Assembly (NCBI GenBank): GCA_964016885.1
Contig: OZ024748.1
Span: 33,294,001-33,358,000, forward strand
Direction: 5' to 3'
Source of the DNA: Eledone cirrhosa
Taxonomy: Eukaryota
Length of the DNA stretch: 64,000 nt
Shown here: positions 43,762-58,119 of the stretch, in pieces
Layout: every line of letters begins with the position of its first letter
Position numbering within the stretch: position 1 is the stretch's first letter
The notes under the pieces: model-generated
Told to the model about the DNA's origin: nothing
What the model saw: the letters and a program-made list of their open reading frames with translations, nothing else
Databases searched by the model: none
Position numbers and translations under genes: made by a program

Positions 43762-43801
43762 GCACCTACGTACGTTTCGCCCGGTTGGGCTTCTCAAGGG
43801 C
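43762..43801 (-). ncRNA. Minimal hammerhead, U3-A8 core (family I), inverted pLTR copy
   Basis: GCCC-TTGAGAA-GCCC AACC GGGC-GAAA-CGTACG-TA-GGTGC. Confidence 0.72.
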
Positions 43802-46677
43802 ATAAATAAACAAAAGTGTTCCTTACATTGCTCGGAAAGAGTTTTGGGGGTTACATCTACGTCAAGGTTCATTGCTCGCAAAAATAGCTTGTTTTGATTT
43901 TGCAGCAGGTCAAGGGAGGTAACTCTGGCCGGTGTTAGGGCAGTCTTTCCGGGACAAATTTTTTATCTGCTACGAGATGAAGTTACAACCTTACCATTGT
44001 CGATACGCATGTAATCAACGCTTATTTTGAGAGTTTTTTTTTGCTGCTTCTGTTTGTCTGAGTCGTTTGAGGCTGGGTCTGGTACGCAAGGATAGTTTCC
44101 TGGGTGTTATTTGTTCAAAACATACCGAAACCCACCGCACAACACCTTACTGGACTCCTTTGAAGAGGACCTGCTGAAAATGATCAAAAACGTTAAGTTC
44201 AGAAAGAAACACCAATGCAGCAATCCATTCTTAACGTCCCTTGATACACTAATAACTAAGATCAAGAATGACCCGCACCTCTTCGTCAAAACCAAAAAGC
44301 TGTACAAGATGGACGCGAGTAAGTATAAAAAAATTCATCTATAAGGAACTACACAAAGACTACAAAAAGACACCCTCTAGTACCCTAAATGACATAAATA
44401 GAGTAGGGAAGGATATAATCACCAGCTTAGAAATAGAAAAGTACACTAACCCGTACGTCCCTCTGACGCCTAAATTCTCTCTTAAGGATCACAAATATGA
44501 CTTTAATGAAAGCCCCTCTATTAGACTAATATGCCCCCCCCCCCTACATCAGATATAGGTAAGATTAGTAAAGTGATCCTCGACAGAAAGGCTAAGGTCT
44601 GCCTCTGGGGCAACACCGACCAGGTCATAAATTGGTTCACCGAGTTGCCGGATAAAGCCACCCTGAAGTTCATCCAGTTTGACATAGATAGTTACTACGC
44701 CTCTATCTCCCCCATACTCTTAAATAAGGCACTTATCTTAGCTAAATCTAACACTAGCCTCACTAAAAAAGAAATTGACATAGTTCTAGCGGCGCGTAGA
44801 ACCATTATCCAGTTCGAAGGCTCCCACTGGACCAGAACCAACCGTCCTGATAACTTCGATGTCATGATGGGGTCCAGTGACTCAGCGCAAGCAACTGACC
44901 TGGTCGGGATATACCTCCTACATAAGCTTAGAAGAGATACCGGCCCTACAAGGAGGTGTATATAGGAACGACGCCCTGTTTACCGTTAGGAACCATATCC
45001 CCCGTAGGATAGAGAACCTTAACAAACATATACACAGGTTCTTCAAGTCATACGGCCTATCCGTAACTATGGACCTCAACCACAAGGTTGCCAACTTCAT
45101 GGACGTGACCCTGGAGTTGAGTACGGGCTTATACAAGCCATACCATAAGCCACGTTGAAGTCGGATATAATAGAATAGATAACCGCACTACAGATCACGA
45201 CCCCGGCGACGGTGACCACTGTAGATTACTCGAACTATTCCCCTATTACAAAACCAACAAAGGCAACGGCCTACTACCAACGCCTTCCAACCAGGTAGGA
45301 AGAGTGCACCCGAGCATAAAGTGAAAGGGGCACCAAACGGGCGACTGCGCATTAACACACATAAGAGCGGTCACCTAGTTGGAACCACCCGTAGCAAACG
45401 TACAAGGACACGTAATCGCCACCGTAACGTCCTATGGTTCCACGCCCCCTACTCACGGAGTGTGGCCTCCAACATACCCCGGATGTTCTTCGAAGCCTTA
45501 GAGAAGAACTTCCCGCCCAACCATAGGTATAGAAAAATTCTTAATAGGAACAATATAAAAATATCCTTCTCTACTACTCCTAACCTAGCAGGCATCATAG
45601 GAACAACAAACCACAGTACCTACACCTGACAATAACTATATCGGCCTTAACAACTCCCTGGCAGCATCCAATAGTGTTGGCAACGGCATCCGCAGACGCA
45701 ACCAGCATAACCGCAAAATGACTGGGGAACATGCAGGACATGACGTGCGGAATAACAATCGCACCACCCCGCGTGCTGTGGGTTGTAATGGTGCTAACGA
45801 CAGCTGCGGTAGCGTGGGTAACAATGTAGGCAGCAACAATGATAGCCTTACCGTAGGAAATAGACGGAACCGCGACAGAAATTGCAACTGCCGCGACAGA
45901 GGACGCTGCCCCTTAGAGGATACTGCTTGACTGATAGGGTTATATATAGATGCACTATAACTAACCACAATAGCGTTAAACATTATATAGGGGCTACCTC
46001 CGGCCCGTTCAAAATTAGGTTTCGAACACATCTCCACTCTTTCACAAATAAAAAACTAAGACACTCCACTTCGCTCGCAGACTACATCACATCACTAAAG
46101 GACTTAAACATCAGCTTCTCCATACACTGGGATATTGTCTGAAGGGCTGCACCGTACAACTTCAAGAGGAAATGCGATCTTTGCCTCATCGAGCTCTACC
46201 ACATCATAACTGCACCCCACGAGCTCATCAACAGCAGAGCTGAAACAACGATAAGTTGTACACATCGCTTAAAAAATCCTTCTTCAGATGGGTTAAGGAT
46301 GAGCAGTGAAACCGTGCACCGGATCTCCCTGCAACAAGTTTTAACACCCCGGCGGGCAGGCGCTGCAAAATAACACCCAGGAAACTATCCTTGCGTACCA
46401 GACCCAGCTTCAAACGACCCAGACAAACAGATGCAGCAAAAAAAACTCTCAAAATAAGCGTTGATTGCATGCGTATCGACAATGGTAAGGGTGTAACCTC
46501 ATCTCGTAGCAGATAAAAAATTTGTCCGGGAAAGACTGCCCTAACACTGGCCAAAGTTACCTCCCTTGACCTGCTGCAAAATCAAAACAAGCTATTTTTG
46601 CGAGCAATGAACCTTGACGTAGATTTAACCCCCAAAACTCTTTCCGAGCAATGTAAGGAACATTTTTGATTATTTAT

Positions 46678-46717
46678 GCCCTTGAGAAGTCCAACCGGGC
46701 GAAACGTACGTAGGTGC
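46678..46717 (+). ncRNA. Minimal hammerhead, U3-A8 core (family I), 3' pLTR copy
   Basis: GCCC-TTGAGAA-GTCC AACC GGGC-GAAA-CGTACG-TA-GGTGC; the stem II difference between copies (C-G to U-G) preserves pairing. Confidence 0.72.
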
Positions 46718-47409
46718 TGTTTTAACGGTTTATTCTCCGATTTCTTAATTTCCCACGTACATATACATATATACATATGTATATATACATATACATATAT
46801 GTATATATATATGTATATATATATACATTTACTTATACATACATATACATACACATATATATACATATACATATATATATACATATATCATCATCATCAT
46901 CATCATCAACGTTTAACGTCCGTGTTCCACGCTTGCATGGGTTTGGACGGGGGTAGTCCCACTTGAGGCAAGAGTGATTGTCTTGCTCGCATAGGACTGT
47001 CTGGCAGGTTTTCTACAGTTGGATGCCCTTCCTAACACCAACCACATTTACAGTGTGGGTCTGGGAGGTTTTTACCGTGTTGCCTACACGGCCACATTAC
47101 AGCGTGGACTGTGTGTTTTTTTGTCGTGACACCTACACGATCTCATTTGTTTCGGCCTATGGCGCGGCACCAACATAACTTTACATAGAATGGGGTGGTG
47201 TGGATGGGGTGGGGTGGTGGTGGTGGGACGGGGTGACATATATATATACATATACATATATATATATACATATATACATATATATATACATATACATATA
47301 TATATACATATACATATATATATACATATATATATACATATATATATATATATACATATATATATACATATATATATATACACACATACATACATATATA
47401 TATATATGT

Positions 47410-49535
47410 ATCATCATCAAGATCATTTTACGTCTGCTTTTCCCTGCTTGCAAGGGTGGGACGGGTCCTATTCAGCAGAATCTCTCCACTTGTCACGGTC
47501 CTTCGTCATCTCCACCGTGAGCTTCAGCGATCTGAGGTCAGCTCTCACCGCCTCCGCCCATGTTTTTTGTGGTCTTCCTTCAACTGGCATTTCTTGGCAC
47601 TTCTTCATCGGTCATACCAGCACATGTCCATACCATCGCAGTCTCCTCTCCCGCGCACTAAATTTTCCCTCTCAGACACAGTTTCTCTCTCAATACATCC
47701 ATGCTGGGTCGTTCACGCACATTGACATTGCACATCCAACGGAGTATGCTTGCCTCATTTCTCTCCAACCATCGCATATCCTCTGCAGTTGCTACCCATG
47801 TCTCACTACCATGCAGCATTGTGCGTCTCACACAGGCATCATATAACCAGCCTTTCGTACGCAGAGAGAAACCCTTCTTCGCCAGCAGAGGAAGCAGCTC
47901 CCTAAACTCTTCCAACCCATCCTTATTCTAGATACTATGGCATCAGAACACCCCCCTCCCATGCTAATCTGATCACCTAGGTACTGGAAGCTATCAACCA
48001 CTTCTATAGCACCCACCAGCTTTTGAAAAATGTGTCTATCAATGCGACTTCTACTGTCAAATTTCCCTGTACATCTACTGCATACGTATTTCTCCCTACC
48101 TGTTAGTTTGCCTGCTATCCCACTACATCTCTTGTGTATCCAGGATCTGCATTGTGTGCATTTTATAGAATTTATGCCAGTTCCTTTTCTACATATCAAA
48201 CATGGCCATTTCCCTGACGGAATCAGAATTTTGTCCTATTTTCTACTCATCAACACTTTTGTCTTAGCTAGGTTCACTCTCAGTCTCTTGATTCCAACTG
48301 CTGTTTTCATAGCCAGCATTTATTCTCTAGCTCCTCTACTGATTCTGCTATAAGAACCAGATCATCAGCATAGAGAAGTTTCCATGGGCAGACAGTCTTA
48401 AATTCCCCTGTTATGGCTTGGAGGACTATAATGAACAAGATGGGCTGAAGACCGAACCCTGATATACTTCTACTTATAGCTGGCATTCCTCACTAAACTC
48501 CATTCCTACTCTCACTTTACTGACAGCACCTCTGTACATAGTTTGCACTGTCCTCACAAGCCATTATTCTACACCTAGTTTCCTTAGGGACCACCAGATG
48601 ATAGATCAGTGTACCCTATCAAAGGCCTTCTCAAGGTCAACAAAAGCTAAGTATAGTGGCTTATTCTAAGAACCTCTCTTGTTGTCTGACTAAGAATTGG
48701 GCATCTGTTGTACTTTTCCCAGGCACAAAACCAAACTGCATCTCATCTAATTTGACCCTTTCTCTAATTAGTTGCGCTAATATTCTTTCTGCCACTTTCA
48801 TAAACTGATCCATTAGTTTTATGCCCCTATAATTGCTCCTCTCCAGAGCATCCCTTTACCTTTGTAGCAATTTATGAGAATACAGCTGCACCAGTCTTTG
48901 GGTATGACTCTGTTATATATAACTTGATTGATGATGCATGCAACTAGTTTAGTTCCTACTTCTGCTGATGCCTTCAGCATCTCAGCAACTATCTCCAATG
49001 GTCCAGTGGCTTTACCACTTTTCATCTTCTTAATTGCCTCTTGGACCCTATATTCGTCAATAGCTGGTCCCCCTGTCGGATCTACTGAGCGTAATTTCTC
49101 TCTCTCGCATTCATTCTCCACATTCATCAGTCTCTCTTAATGACATTTCCAGGCTTCCTTTTACTGATCATTCATGACACTAAGTACACCGGCATCATTC
49201 CGGACACATTTATCTCCAACAACATCCTGATTTACATTGACACACTGCCTTGCAATGTGGAACACTGCACATCTCTGATCTTCCTGTTACAGAACATTGG
49301 CAAACCTCCTACTCTCAGACTCCGTGCGTGCTAAATACACCTGACATCTAGCTTCTCCTTTAGCGGCTGTATATCCTTCTCTACTCCCACCATTTTTCCA
49401 AGCGTTCAATGCTAGTCTTTTGTCTCTAATGGCCCTATCTACCGTGTTGTTCCACCACCAGGTCACTCTCTGTCTGATTAGAGCTCTGCTCCAGCCACAA
49501 GTTTCTTCAGTAGCCTGCAGTAAGTTGTCACGTAA
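47410..49535 (-). mobile_element. Decayed RTE-clade LINE
   Basis: Frameshifted RT pieces ([39 protein letters not shown]); (CAT)n tail at 47410. Confidence 0.88.
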
Positions 49536-50056
49536 AAATATTGTTATATTTGGAGAGGGTCATATTGTTATAATATTGCCAGAAATAATAATAGAACACA
49601 CTCACTGTTTGGTTTGGTTTTCGCTTCTGTATCTTTTAAATCCCTATAGTTAATTTATCTGGCAATCAATGTTTATCATTGATTGACCAACGGTTAAAAA
49701 TACAGATATAAATATAAACACCTTGCAAAACAAATATATATTTATTAAATAACAGATTAAGTTTAAGCAAAGAATCGCCGCTTTCACCCTTAACGGGATC
49801 TTGAGTTTCAGAAGATCCCGTTAAGGGTGAAAGTAGCGATTCTTTGCTTAAACTTTAATCTGTAATTTACTAAATATTTGCCCTAGGGTTCTTATATATT
49901 TATCCTTATCGAGCCCTCTTTGGATTTTAGTGTTCACATTTATTATTATTATTATCCCGCCGAGGTTAACTTTGCCTTTCATCCTTACGGGGTCGATAAA
50001 ATAAAGTACCAGTAATGCACTGGTGATTTGCTGGCCTTGTGCCTAAAGTAGAAACA

Positions 50057-50090
<34 letters not shown>

Positions 50091-50139
50091 CATATTTTCT
50101 CACCCCAACATCAGTCTTACAGTCATATCTATATTCTGA

Positions 50140-51435
50140 AATTTTAAAGAACATTAAACACTTGGACATTTCTACCACACCTGTTTCTACCAATATAGAT
50201 ACAGTTACACAGAGATACAGTGGTGAGAAACCTTTACCTAATGAAACATGTACCGAACAAGCATAATTATACAGAAATATTCCTGAATATAGCTGTGAGA
50301 TTTGTAGGAAAACTTTCTTATCAGAAGATGAATTATCTACACACAAACACATACGTATTAAAGACAAACCCTGTCACTGTGAAATATGTGGGAAATATTT
50401 CACTGAGAAAACTAAACTTGTTAGGCACTTATGTAGTCACATAGGAGAAAACCCTGTCACTGTGAAATGTGTGGGAAATATTTTGGCAGTAACTGATTTG
50501 ATTGAACACAAAAGAACACACACTGGAGAGAAACCCTTACATTGTGAAATATGTGGGAAATCTCTTTTATCTAACAGTTACTTAGACACACACTGGAAAG
50601 AAACTTTTTAACTGTGAAACATGAGACATCCTTCCTCTTACAAATCTAAACGTATTTTCCTCCAATATCAACTGTGAATACTTGGCAGTTTGATAGACTC
50701 CAAACATTGCTGGCCATTTTTATAAATATATTTCCATTTGAAATTAAAATCTCTCTCTGATCTATTCTTCTACCTCTTCTTTGTCCACTTATTCTGAGAG
50801 AATTATCTACACACAAACACATACATATTAAAGACAAACCTATCATTGTGAAATGTGTGGGAAATCTTTTGCTTCTAACAGTAATGTAACTGTCCACAAA
50901 AGAATACATACTGGAGAGAAACCTTTCCATTGTGAAATATGTGGGATATCTTTTGCTTCCAACATTCATTTAACTGTACACAAAAGAACACACACTGGAG
51001 AGAAACCTTTCCATTGTAAAATATGTGGGCAGTATTTTGACTAAACACAAAAGAAAACACAGGGGAGAAAAGCCTTTCCATTGTGAAATATGTGGGAAAT
51101 GTTTCTCTCAGAATTCTATTCTATTTAGGCACATACGTATGCACACTGGAGAAAACCCCTATCACTGTGAACTATGTGGGAAATTATTTGTGCAAAACAG
51201 TCATTTGACTGAACATAAAACAACACACACTGGAGATAAACCCTGTCACTGTGAAATATGTGGGAAATCATTTGGCAGAAGTGGTGACTTGACTAAACAC
51301 AAAAGAACACACACTGGAGAGAAACCCTATCATTGTGAAATATGTCAGAAATCTTTTTTCACTAAAAGTAACTTAAATAAACACAAACAAACTCATACTG
51401 CAGGGAAACGTTTTAACTATTGTCTAGCAACATGA
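50140..51435 (+). pseudogene. Tandem C2H2 zinc-finger gene, disrupted
   Basis: Repeated [17 protein letters not shown] fingers in ORFs 50853-51044 and 51025-51435, plus broken fingers at 50290-50600; stops and frameshifts. Confidence 0.85.
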
Positions 51436-51608
51436 TAAAATAATAGTCATTTGGGAACTCTTAGCAGTTCTACAGACTCCAAACATTGCTTGTCATTTTT
51501 AAAATATATTTTTAGTTGGAATTACATTCTTGTTCATATCTTTTCCTTGTCTTCTTGAAGTCATTTTTAATCTATGTAAGACAAGTCAGCATTCTTTTTC
51601 TTTTACTA

Positions 51609-51812
51609 ACACCAACATTCCATGTTGTGTTTAATTGAGGGACCCTCTCTCGTCTGAGAAAATTCTGTGACTTCTCTTGTATCAGAAATGTTGGAGGGTT
51701 ACACCAACATTCTCTGTTGTAGTGTTTAATTGAGGGACCCTCTCTCATCTGAGGAAATGCTGTGAGTGACTTGTATCAGAAATGTTGAAGGGTTACACCA
51801 ACATTCTCTGCT
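51609..51812. repeat. ~92 bp tandem repeat, about 2.2 copies
   Basis: ACACCAACATTC..TTAATTGAGGGACCCTCTCTC..CTTGTATCAGAAATGTTG repeated. Confidence 0.8.
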
Positions 51813-53183
51813 ATAGTAATTAAAGGAGTAGTTTTTACCTGTTTTTCTTTTTCTTTCTGATTTTATTCTTTTGAAAAATAATTGAGTAATTTTTCATAAT
51901 TATATAAATTATATTTATGTCCTAAATTTCATTCCATATGTTGTTAATAAAAGAGTTATATTTAAGGAATTTATCAAATTTGTGACTTCACCGTTTCGTT
52001 ATATTCCCATCTAAATCTCTTTTATCAACACCAGATATAATGATATCACCTTGTTAGTAGTTTTAATACTAGAATAATCCCAACCACCCTGCTTATTAAT
52101 TTTTTCCACACCCCACATCCCACTTATGAAATCTTGCTAATCTATCTCTGGTGAAATTTTCTTTTAACTGGTAGCATTCCTCTCACAATTTTCTTTGTAC
52201 ATTCCAAAACAATAGACATGACAAAAAAGAACATTTTAAGAAATCCCATACATTATAAAATAAATAGGATTGGTTGAGGGCTGAATATGTAAGGTTTTTT
52301 AAAAAATCAACAGGACAACTTAGTAAAATTACGACTTTGCCAACCTCCTCCCTTGTTTATTCCAAACTGACCCCTATTATTTGGGACCCATGTGTACATT
52401 TAACACAAACACCTCATTGCTATTTAAATTATCTTTAATTCTATCACACTTTGTATATTTTAAAACTGAATATTAGAATATTTAACAATATCCAGGTTAC
52501 AGGGCCACTAACTTTGATGGTATCGTTGACTCCCTAATATAAAGTAACAAGAAAACTTAAAATAAAAACTTAGTCACAGAAGAAAACAGAACAGGAAATC
52601 AATTCAGTATGGAACTTATTAACTTACTAATGAAGCAAGTCTGTCAATAATGACAGCAATAGTGTTGAATATATTTAATGTTTGGAGTCTAGGTTTGTTA
52701 TGTTATATATATACTAGGTTTACCAGATCTACTGGCAAACTTGTGTTTTGATAAATTGATGGTGTAAGAGAAACCCTATAGTTTATGTTGATTAACATAG
52801 AAGTGATTAACAGTAAGAATGATATTTTAATGATTTATTTCTAAGATATAAATGTTTAGCATTTAATATAGAGGATTAAATGTAGAGTAACTTTGGGGAA
52901 ATAACTATTTCCAGTGTCTATTATTTCTATAGAACCATCTGGGCAGTTGAAGGAGATAGCATCCAGTGGGTCCTTACTACTTACTGCACCTGAGCATCGG
53001 CCACATATGAAAGCTTCATTCAGGACCTTGTGATAGGAAAGTTGACTTCTTATTGTAACAACAGGGCAGATAGGAAATACACTGTGTATATGTGTGTATA
53101 AATTATAAAGAGCTACAAACAGTTATATATATGTATGTGTGTATATATATATATATATTGATATATATATGTGTATATATATA

Positions 53184-53653
53184 TGTAGCGACATGGTTAG
53201 TCAGTCTGGTCACTACTTCTGATCAGAACCGAGAATAGCCCTTAAAAAGACTGTTATTGCATACGGTCTGATCGGATCTGAGGGTAGCCCTTAAAAGGGC
53301 TGTTGTCTCATAGGGTAAGGATGAACAGACGAAAGCACAAGTTGAAAGGACGAGCAAGGCGAGAGATGTAGTTTCGGTCAGCTATTTATTTTCATACATG
53401 AAGCGATGATACAAGGTACAAGGCGTGTGTGAGTGACAAGCGTGGCAGAGGAGAGGAACAACGATACGCGAGTTGACTGCCAAATGTCGACTGGGGAAAG
53501 TGTTTGGAATCACTCTATTTATACAAAAATAATCGTTTGATGTTTAGCCACTGCGTAGGTGTTTTATTTTGGGGTTGTTTGTTTTACGGTGAGGTAGCTA
53601 GTTAAGCAGATAGATGGAGCTGTTTATTTCACGTTATTTCCAGTGGCTGTACA
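53184..53653 (-). mobile_element. Probable solo LTR
   Basis: TG...CA termini (TGTAGC/GCTGTACA), minus-strand TATAAATAG (~53515) and AATAAA (~53385), inserted in (TA)n. Confidence 0.5.
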
Positions 53654-53719
53654 TATATATAAATATATGTATGTGTGTATATATATATGTGTATATATAT
53701 ATATACATATACATATATA

Positions 53720-53995
53720 CACTAAGGTTCTAGTATGTAGAAAGGTGAAGAGAGCACAGGTCCTCTCTGGGAAATGCCCATGCTCAGTGTGTAAAAAAGT
53801 AGTAGGTAGAAATTCCATTCTATGTCCCAAATGCAAACTGTGGGTAGATAAAAGATGTAGTACGCTATCTAAGAATGAAGCTTTCATATGTGGCCGATGC
53901 TCAGGTGCAGTAAGTAGTAAGGACCCACTGGATGCTATCTCCTTCAACTGCCCAGATGGTTCTATAGAAATAATAGACACTTTCTGTTACCTGGA
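53720..53995 (+). pseudogene. RTE RT fragment (short inverted piece also at ~52910-53020)
   Basis: TKVLVCRK..CPCSVCKKVVGRNSILCPKCKLWV..IDTFCYL. Confidence 0.75.
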
Positions 53996-54500
53996 GATGG
54001 CATGGCCTCAGCAGTGCGTGTTTGCGCATCATCAGCCACAGCATGTCCAGCCCTCCATTAGAAGGGAGTTGGCAGCAGATGGATCTCCCCACTAACAGAG
54101 CCTGCTTCTTCCAAAGGAATTTGAAGAGAAGACGCTCCATCTTGGTGAGGTGATTGCGGGGACAAGGCATAACTGTCAAGCAGTAGTAGATGATGGATGC
54201 TATGTAAGTTTTTGCCACCTCCGCTCGACCTTTTAAGGAGAGTTTGCAGTCAGCCCACTTCTGAGTGAGTGCAAACACCTTCGCTGTGACCTCGTTCCAA
54301 TTTTTGTCCACCTGGAGGTCTGGACAAAATCAGACCCCGAGCAATTTCACTGGTCCTTCCGTCTAACATCCAATGATGCTGTCGGAAGCCATGGGTTTGC
54401 CTCTCCATGTACTGAGTTGCAAACCGACAGACTTGTTCAGGTTTAGTCTTACTCCTGTCAACGTTTCGTATTCCTGTAATAAGTTGCCGATTTCAACACC
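53996..54500 (-). pseudogene. Tx1/L1-clade RT C-terminal fragment
   Basis: NWNEV..KWADCKLSLKGRAEV..RLLFKFLWK..PSNGGLDM. Confidence 0.75.
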
Positions 54501-54599
54501 ATTACGGTGACGTCGTCAGCATAGACCGATGCTGATTTTCGCAGTCCTAGTTCGCCTTGCAATAGCTCCAACTTCCGCAGTAGTGACTCGAGAGTCAGT

Positions 54600-57500
54600 A
54601 CATATCACGGTTTTCCTTGACACATTGTCTTGCAATCCTGAACACCTCACGTTTTTGGTCCTCGCATTGTAGAACATGCTTGAACTTTCTTTCCTCTGCA
54701 AAGTGCACTTGTCTCCTAGCTTCTCTCCAAGCCACCTGATAGTGTTCTCTACTTCTCCCATCCTACCATTCTTTCCAAGGCTGCTTTTTGGCCTTGATTG
54801 TCTCCTCAACCTTACTGTTCCACCACCAAGTTACTCTCCTCCTGCCTAAAGGTCTGCTCCAGCCACAGATTTCATCTGTCACCTTCAGCAGGTTAACTTT
54901 CAAGAATTCCCACTGTTCCTCTACATTGTACATCTCTAATTGCTCTTCGTTACTGTCAAAAGCATCAAGTAGTAGGCTTTTAAATTTGTTACTGGCTGTG
55001 GGTTCCTTCAACTTCCATATTCTCCCCAAGGTAGTCCTCCTCTGTCGTCGAGTATGTCTAGTCCTGACTATGAGGTCACTAACTGTTAGGCTATGTTGGG
55101 AGGTGCATTCTTCATGAGGGCGGGACTTAATGTTTTCAACAGAGAATCTGTCACGTCTTCTAGTAAGGATAAAAATCTATCTGGCTGCTGTGCTCCCCTG
55201 ATCTATAGGTGATCAAGTGATTGTCTCATTTTTTGAAGTTTGTGTTACAGACAGTTAGGTTATTAGCATCCCATCATAGTTTAATGTCTATCTTCCACGC
55301 TAGCATGGGTTTAGATGGGAATTGTCCTACTTGAGACAAGATTGGTCGGGTGACAATGTCTCGCTCGTATAGAGCTGTCTGGCAGGTTTTCTACGGCTGG
55401 ATGCCCTTCCTAACACGAACCACGTTTACAGTGTGGAACTGGGAGGTTTTTACCGTGTTACCTACACGACCACATTACAGCGTGGACTGTGTGTTTTTTT
55501 GTTGAGACACCTACACGACTTCATTTATTTTGGACTGGATGTTGTGGTACCAACATAACTTTACAGAGAAAGGGTGGTGTCGGTGGGGGGTGGGGTGAAG
55601 TAGGGGTAGTGGGATGGGGTATATATTTGGTTAAGAGGTGCCTACTGACTGTAGGTTTCGCTTTGTACATTGGCAAGGCGGGTCTTCTGTATTACTGCAT
55701 AACGCCAAAGTTCTCGGTCCAGTGACATTGTCTTAGAGAGCTGTAAGGTCGGAATTTATCAAATCGTCCCAGGTTTTTCTGGGTCTACCTTCTCCGTAAC
55801 TTCAATCAATCTTGATCGCCCTGCACTTTTTTATACAACTGTCGTCTTTCATGTGCATCACGTGATCATACCAATGTAGTCTTGTTTCGAGTAAACATCA
55901 TCTGATCCCTGTTATTCCTAATACCTCACTTAGTTCATTTATGCTTTGCCGTTCGCATATATTACTATTACACATCCAACGGAGCATGGATGCTTCGTTG
56001 CTCTCCAGTCTCTCCAAAACCCATGTCTCATTGCCATGTAGCATTGCTGTTCGTATACAGGCATCATACAATCTGCCTTTCATTTTTAGAGAGAAACCTT
56101 TAGTGGTCAATAATGGTATAAGCTCTCTGAACTTTTTCCATCCCATTCTGACTCTAGCTACTGTACTTTCAGAACACCCTCCACCACTGCTGATTTTGTC
56201 ACTCAGGTAACGGAAGGTGACCACTATTTCTATAGAACCATTTGGGCATTAGAAGGAGCTAGTATCCTGTGGGCACTTGCTACTTATTGCACCTGATCAT
56301 CGGCCACATATAAAATCTACGTTCTTAGATAGCTTACCTGTGATCCCACTACATCTTTTATGTACCCATAGTTTGCATTTGGGACATAATATGGAATTTC
56401 TACCCACTCCTTTCCTACACACTGAGCATGGCCATTTGCCAGAAGGTACCTGCACCCTATTTTTCTTTCTACATACTAGAACTTTAGTCTTAGATAAGTT
56501 AACTTTAAGGCCTTTTGATTCTAGGCCATGCTTCCATGTTTGGAATTTCTTCTCTAGTTCAGCCATCGACTCAGCTATGAGGGTTAGATCTGCGTATAGA
56601 TGTTTCCATGGGCAGCCAGTCTTAAACTCTTCTGTTATAGACTGAAGTGAAGGGCAATAATAAATAGGAGGGGGGGGGGGCTAAGGACGGAGCCTTGATG
56701 TACACCAACTTTTATGCTAAATTCTTCACTATATTCGTTGTTAATTCTAACCTTACTGACTCTTTCTTTATGCATGGCTTGTATAGCTCTCACAAGCTAT
56801 TCATCAACACCTAGTTTTCTTAGAGCCCACCAGATAATGGAGCGGGGGACTCTGTCAAAAGCTTTCTCCAAGTCAACAAAAGCTAACTATAGGGGTTTAC
56901 TTTTAGCTAGGTACTTCTCCTGTAGTTGTCGTTCAAGAAAAAGAGCGTCCATGGTACTTTTACCTGACACAAACCCAAACTGCATTTCATCGAGAGCAAT
57001 TCGCTCTCTGATTAGTTGTGCTATAACTCTTTCTGTGACCTTCATGATCTGGTTAATCAATTTAATGCCTCTATAGTTTCGCTTTCTCTAGGGCATCTCC
57101 TTTACCCTTGTAGCAGTTAATGATGATGATGCTACACCAGTCATTTGGTATGACCCCATTCTGTATGACTTGGTTTACTATCCGGGTGACCATAGTGTGT
57201 CCCACCATTCCAGATGCTTTCAGCATTTCAGCAACTATTTCCGAAGGCCCAGCTGCCTTGCCTATCTTCATATCTTTTATTGCCTTACTTATTATATACA
57301 ACCTTCAACTTGCACTGCTGGTCCCTCTATTGGATCGATTTGGGGCAGACTATCTTTTTTCCCTTTGTAGTGACACTTCCAAGCTACCTTCTTATCAGCA
57401 TCAGTGATGGCAAATACACCATCATCATTACGGACACACTTCTCCCCGACAATATCACGGTTTTCCTTGACACATTGTCTTGCAATCCTGAACACCTCAC

Positions 57501-57620
57501 GTTTTTGGTCTTCGCGTTGTAGAACATGCTTGAACTTTCTTTCCTCTGCTTCCCTTCTTGCGAAGTACACTTGTCTCCTAGCTTCTCTCCTGGCCACTTG
57601 ATAGTGTTCTCTACTTCTCT
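54600..57620 (-). mobile_element. Two nested/adjacent decayed RTE LINE segments
   Basis: RVTWWWN, KAAGPSEIVAEMLKA, NLSKTKVLV, MLHGNETW pieces; 54604-54700 duplicates 57455-57545. Confidence 0.85.
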
Positions 57621-57879
57621 AAAAGGTAGAGTTAAAAACTCACAATAGTCTCGTATGATCCAGGGAGCTCAAGGAAGAGAGACCGAGCTCTTTATAAATA
57701 ATAGCAATGAGAGAAGCACATAAGAAACTATGTCAGATGATAGGGGATAAAGTACTCCCCTAGTAAAGTACATAAAAACTACGCATGGAGCAGTAAATAC
57801 AAATTAATAAAAGAATAATCAAAGTGTATAACGATATACACTCAGACATAAAATATGTAATATATATGTATATATGACA

Positions 57880-57961
57880 GTTGGCAGGTGAACAGTGAGC
57901 TGTACTGATGAAGGGTGATACCCAGAAACATTAGTGTCTGCAGTTCTGTTTACATGCCAAC
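57880..57961 (+). ncRNA. Type I hammerhead family D, intact core
   Basis: Long stem I (GTTGGCA..GTGAACAG..GAGCTGTA / TGCAGTTC TGTTTAC..TGCCAAC); CTGATGA(57905-11); GGGT-GAT-ACCC (A.A at 10.1/11.1); GAAA(57925-28); CATTAGTG; GUC site ending 57938. Confidence 0.75.
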
Positions 57962-58119
57962 ACAAGAGCAAGAATGAAGGGTTCATTCTACTGACATGGC
58001 TTTAAAAATGAGGCTTCTTTGCATAATTGCAAATTAATCAAATATTATTAATATTAAAAAAACTCAGATTACATTTATTGTATTCAGCCATGTAGAGTGA
58101 ACATTTTTTTGCCATATAT

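Larger units (their letters stand above)
43706..46758 (+). mobile_element. Decayed Penelope-like element with inverted 5' pseudo-LTR (43706-44112 mirrors 46368-46758)
   Basis: Frameshifted ORF pieces at 44111-~46300: FIQFDIDSYY, MMGSSDSAQ, VYRNDAL, NFMDVTL, CNCRDRGRCPL, HYIGAT..FKIRFRTH. Confidence 0.9.

Noticed and set aside
57730-57780. CAGATGA-TAGGGGA/TCCCCTA-GTAA hammerhead-like motif
   Set aside because: Two core mismatches and no convincing stem I; possibly a relic.
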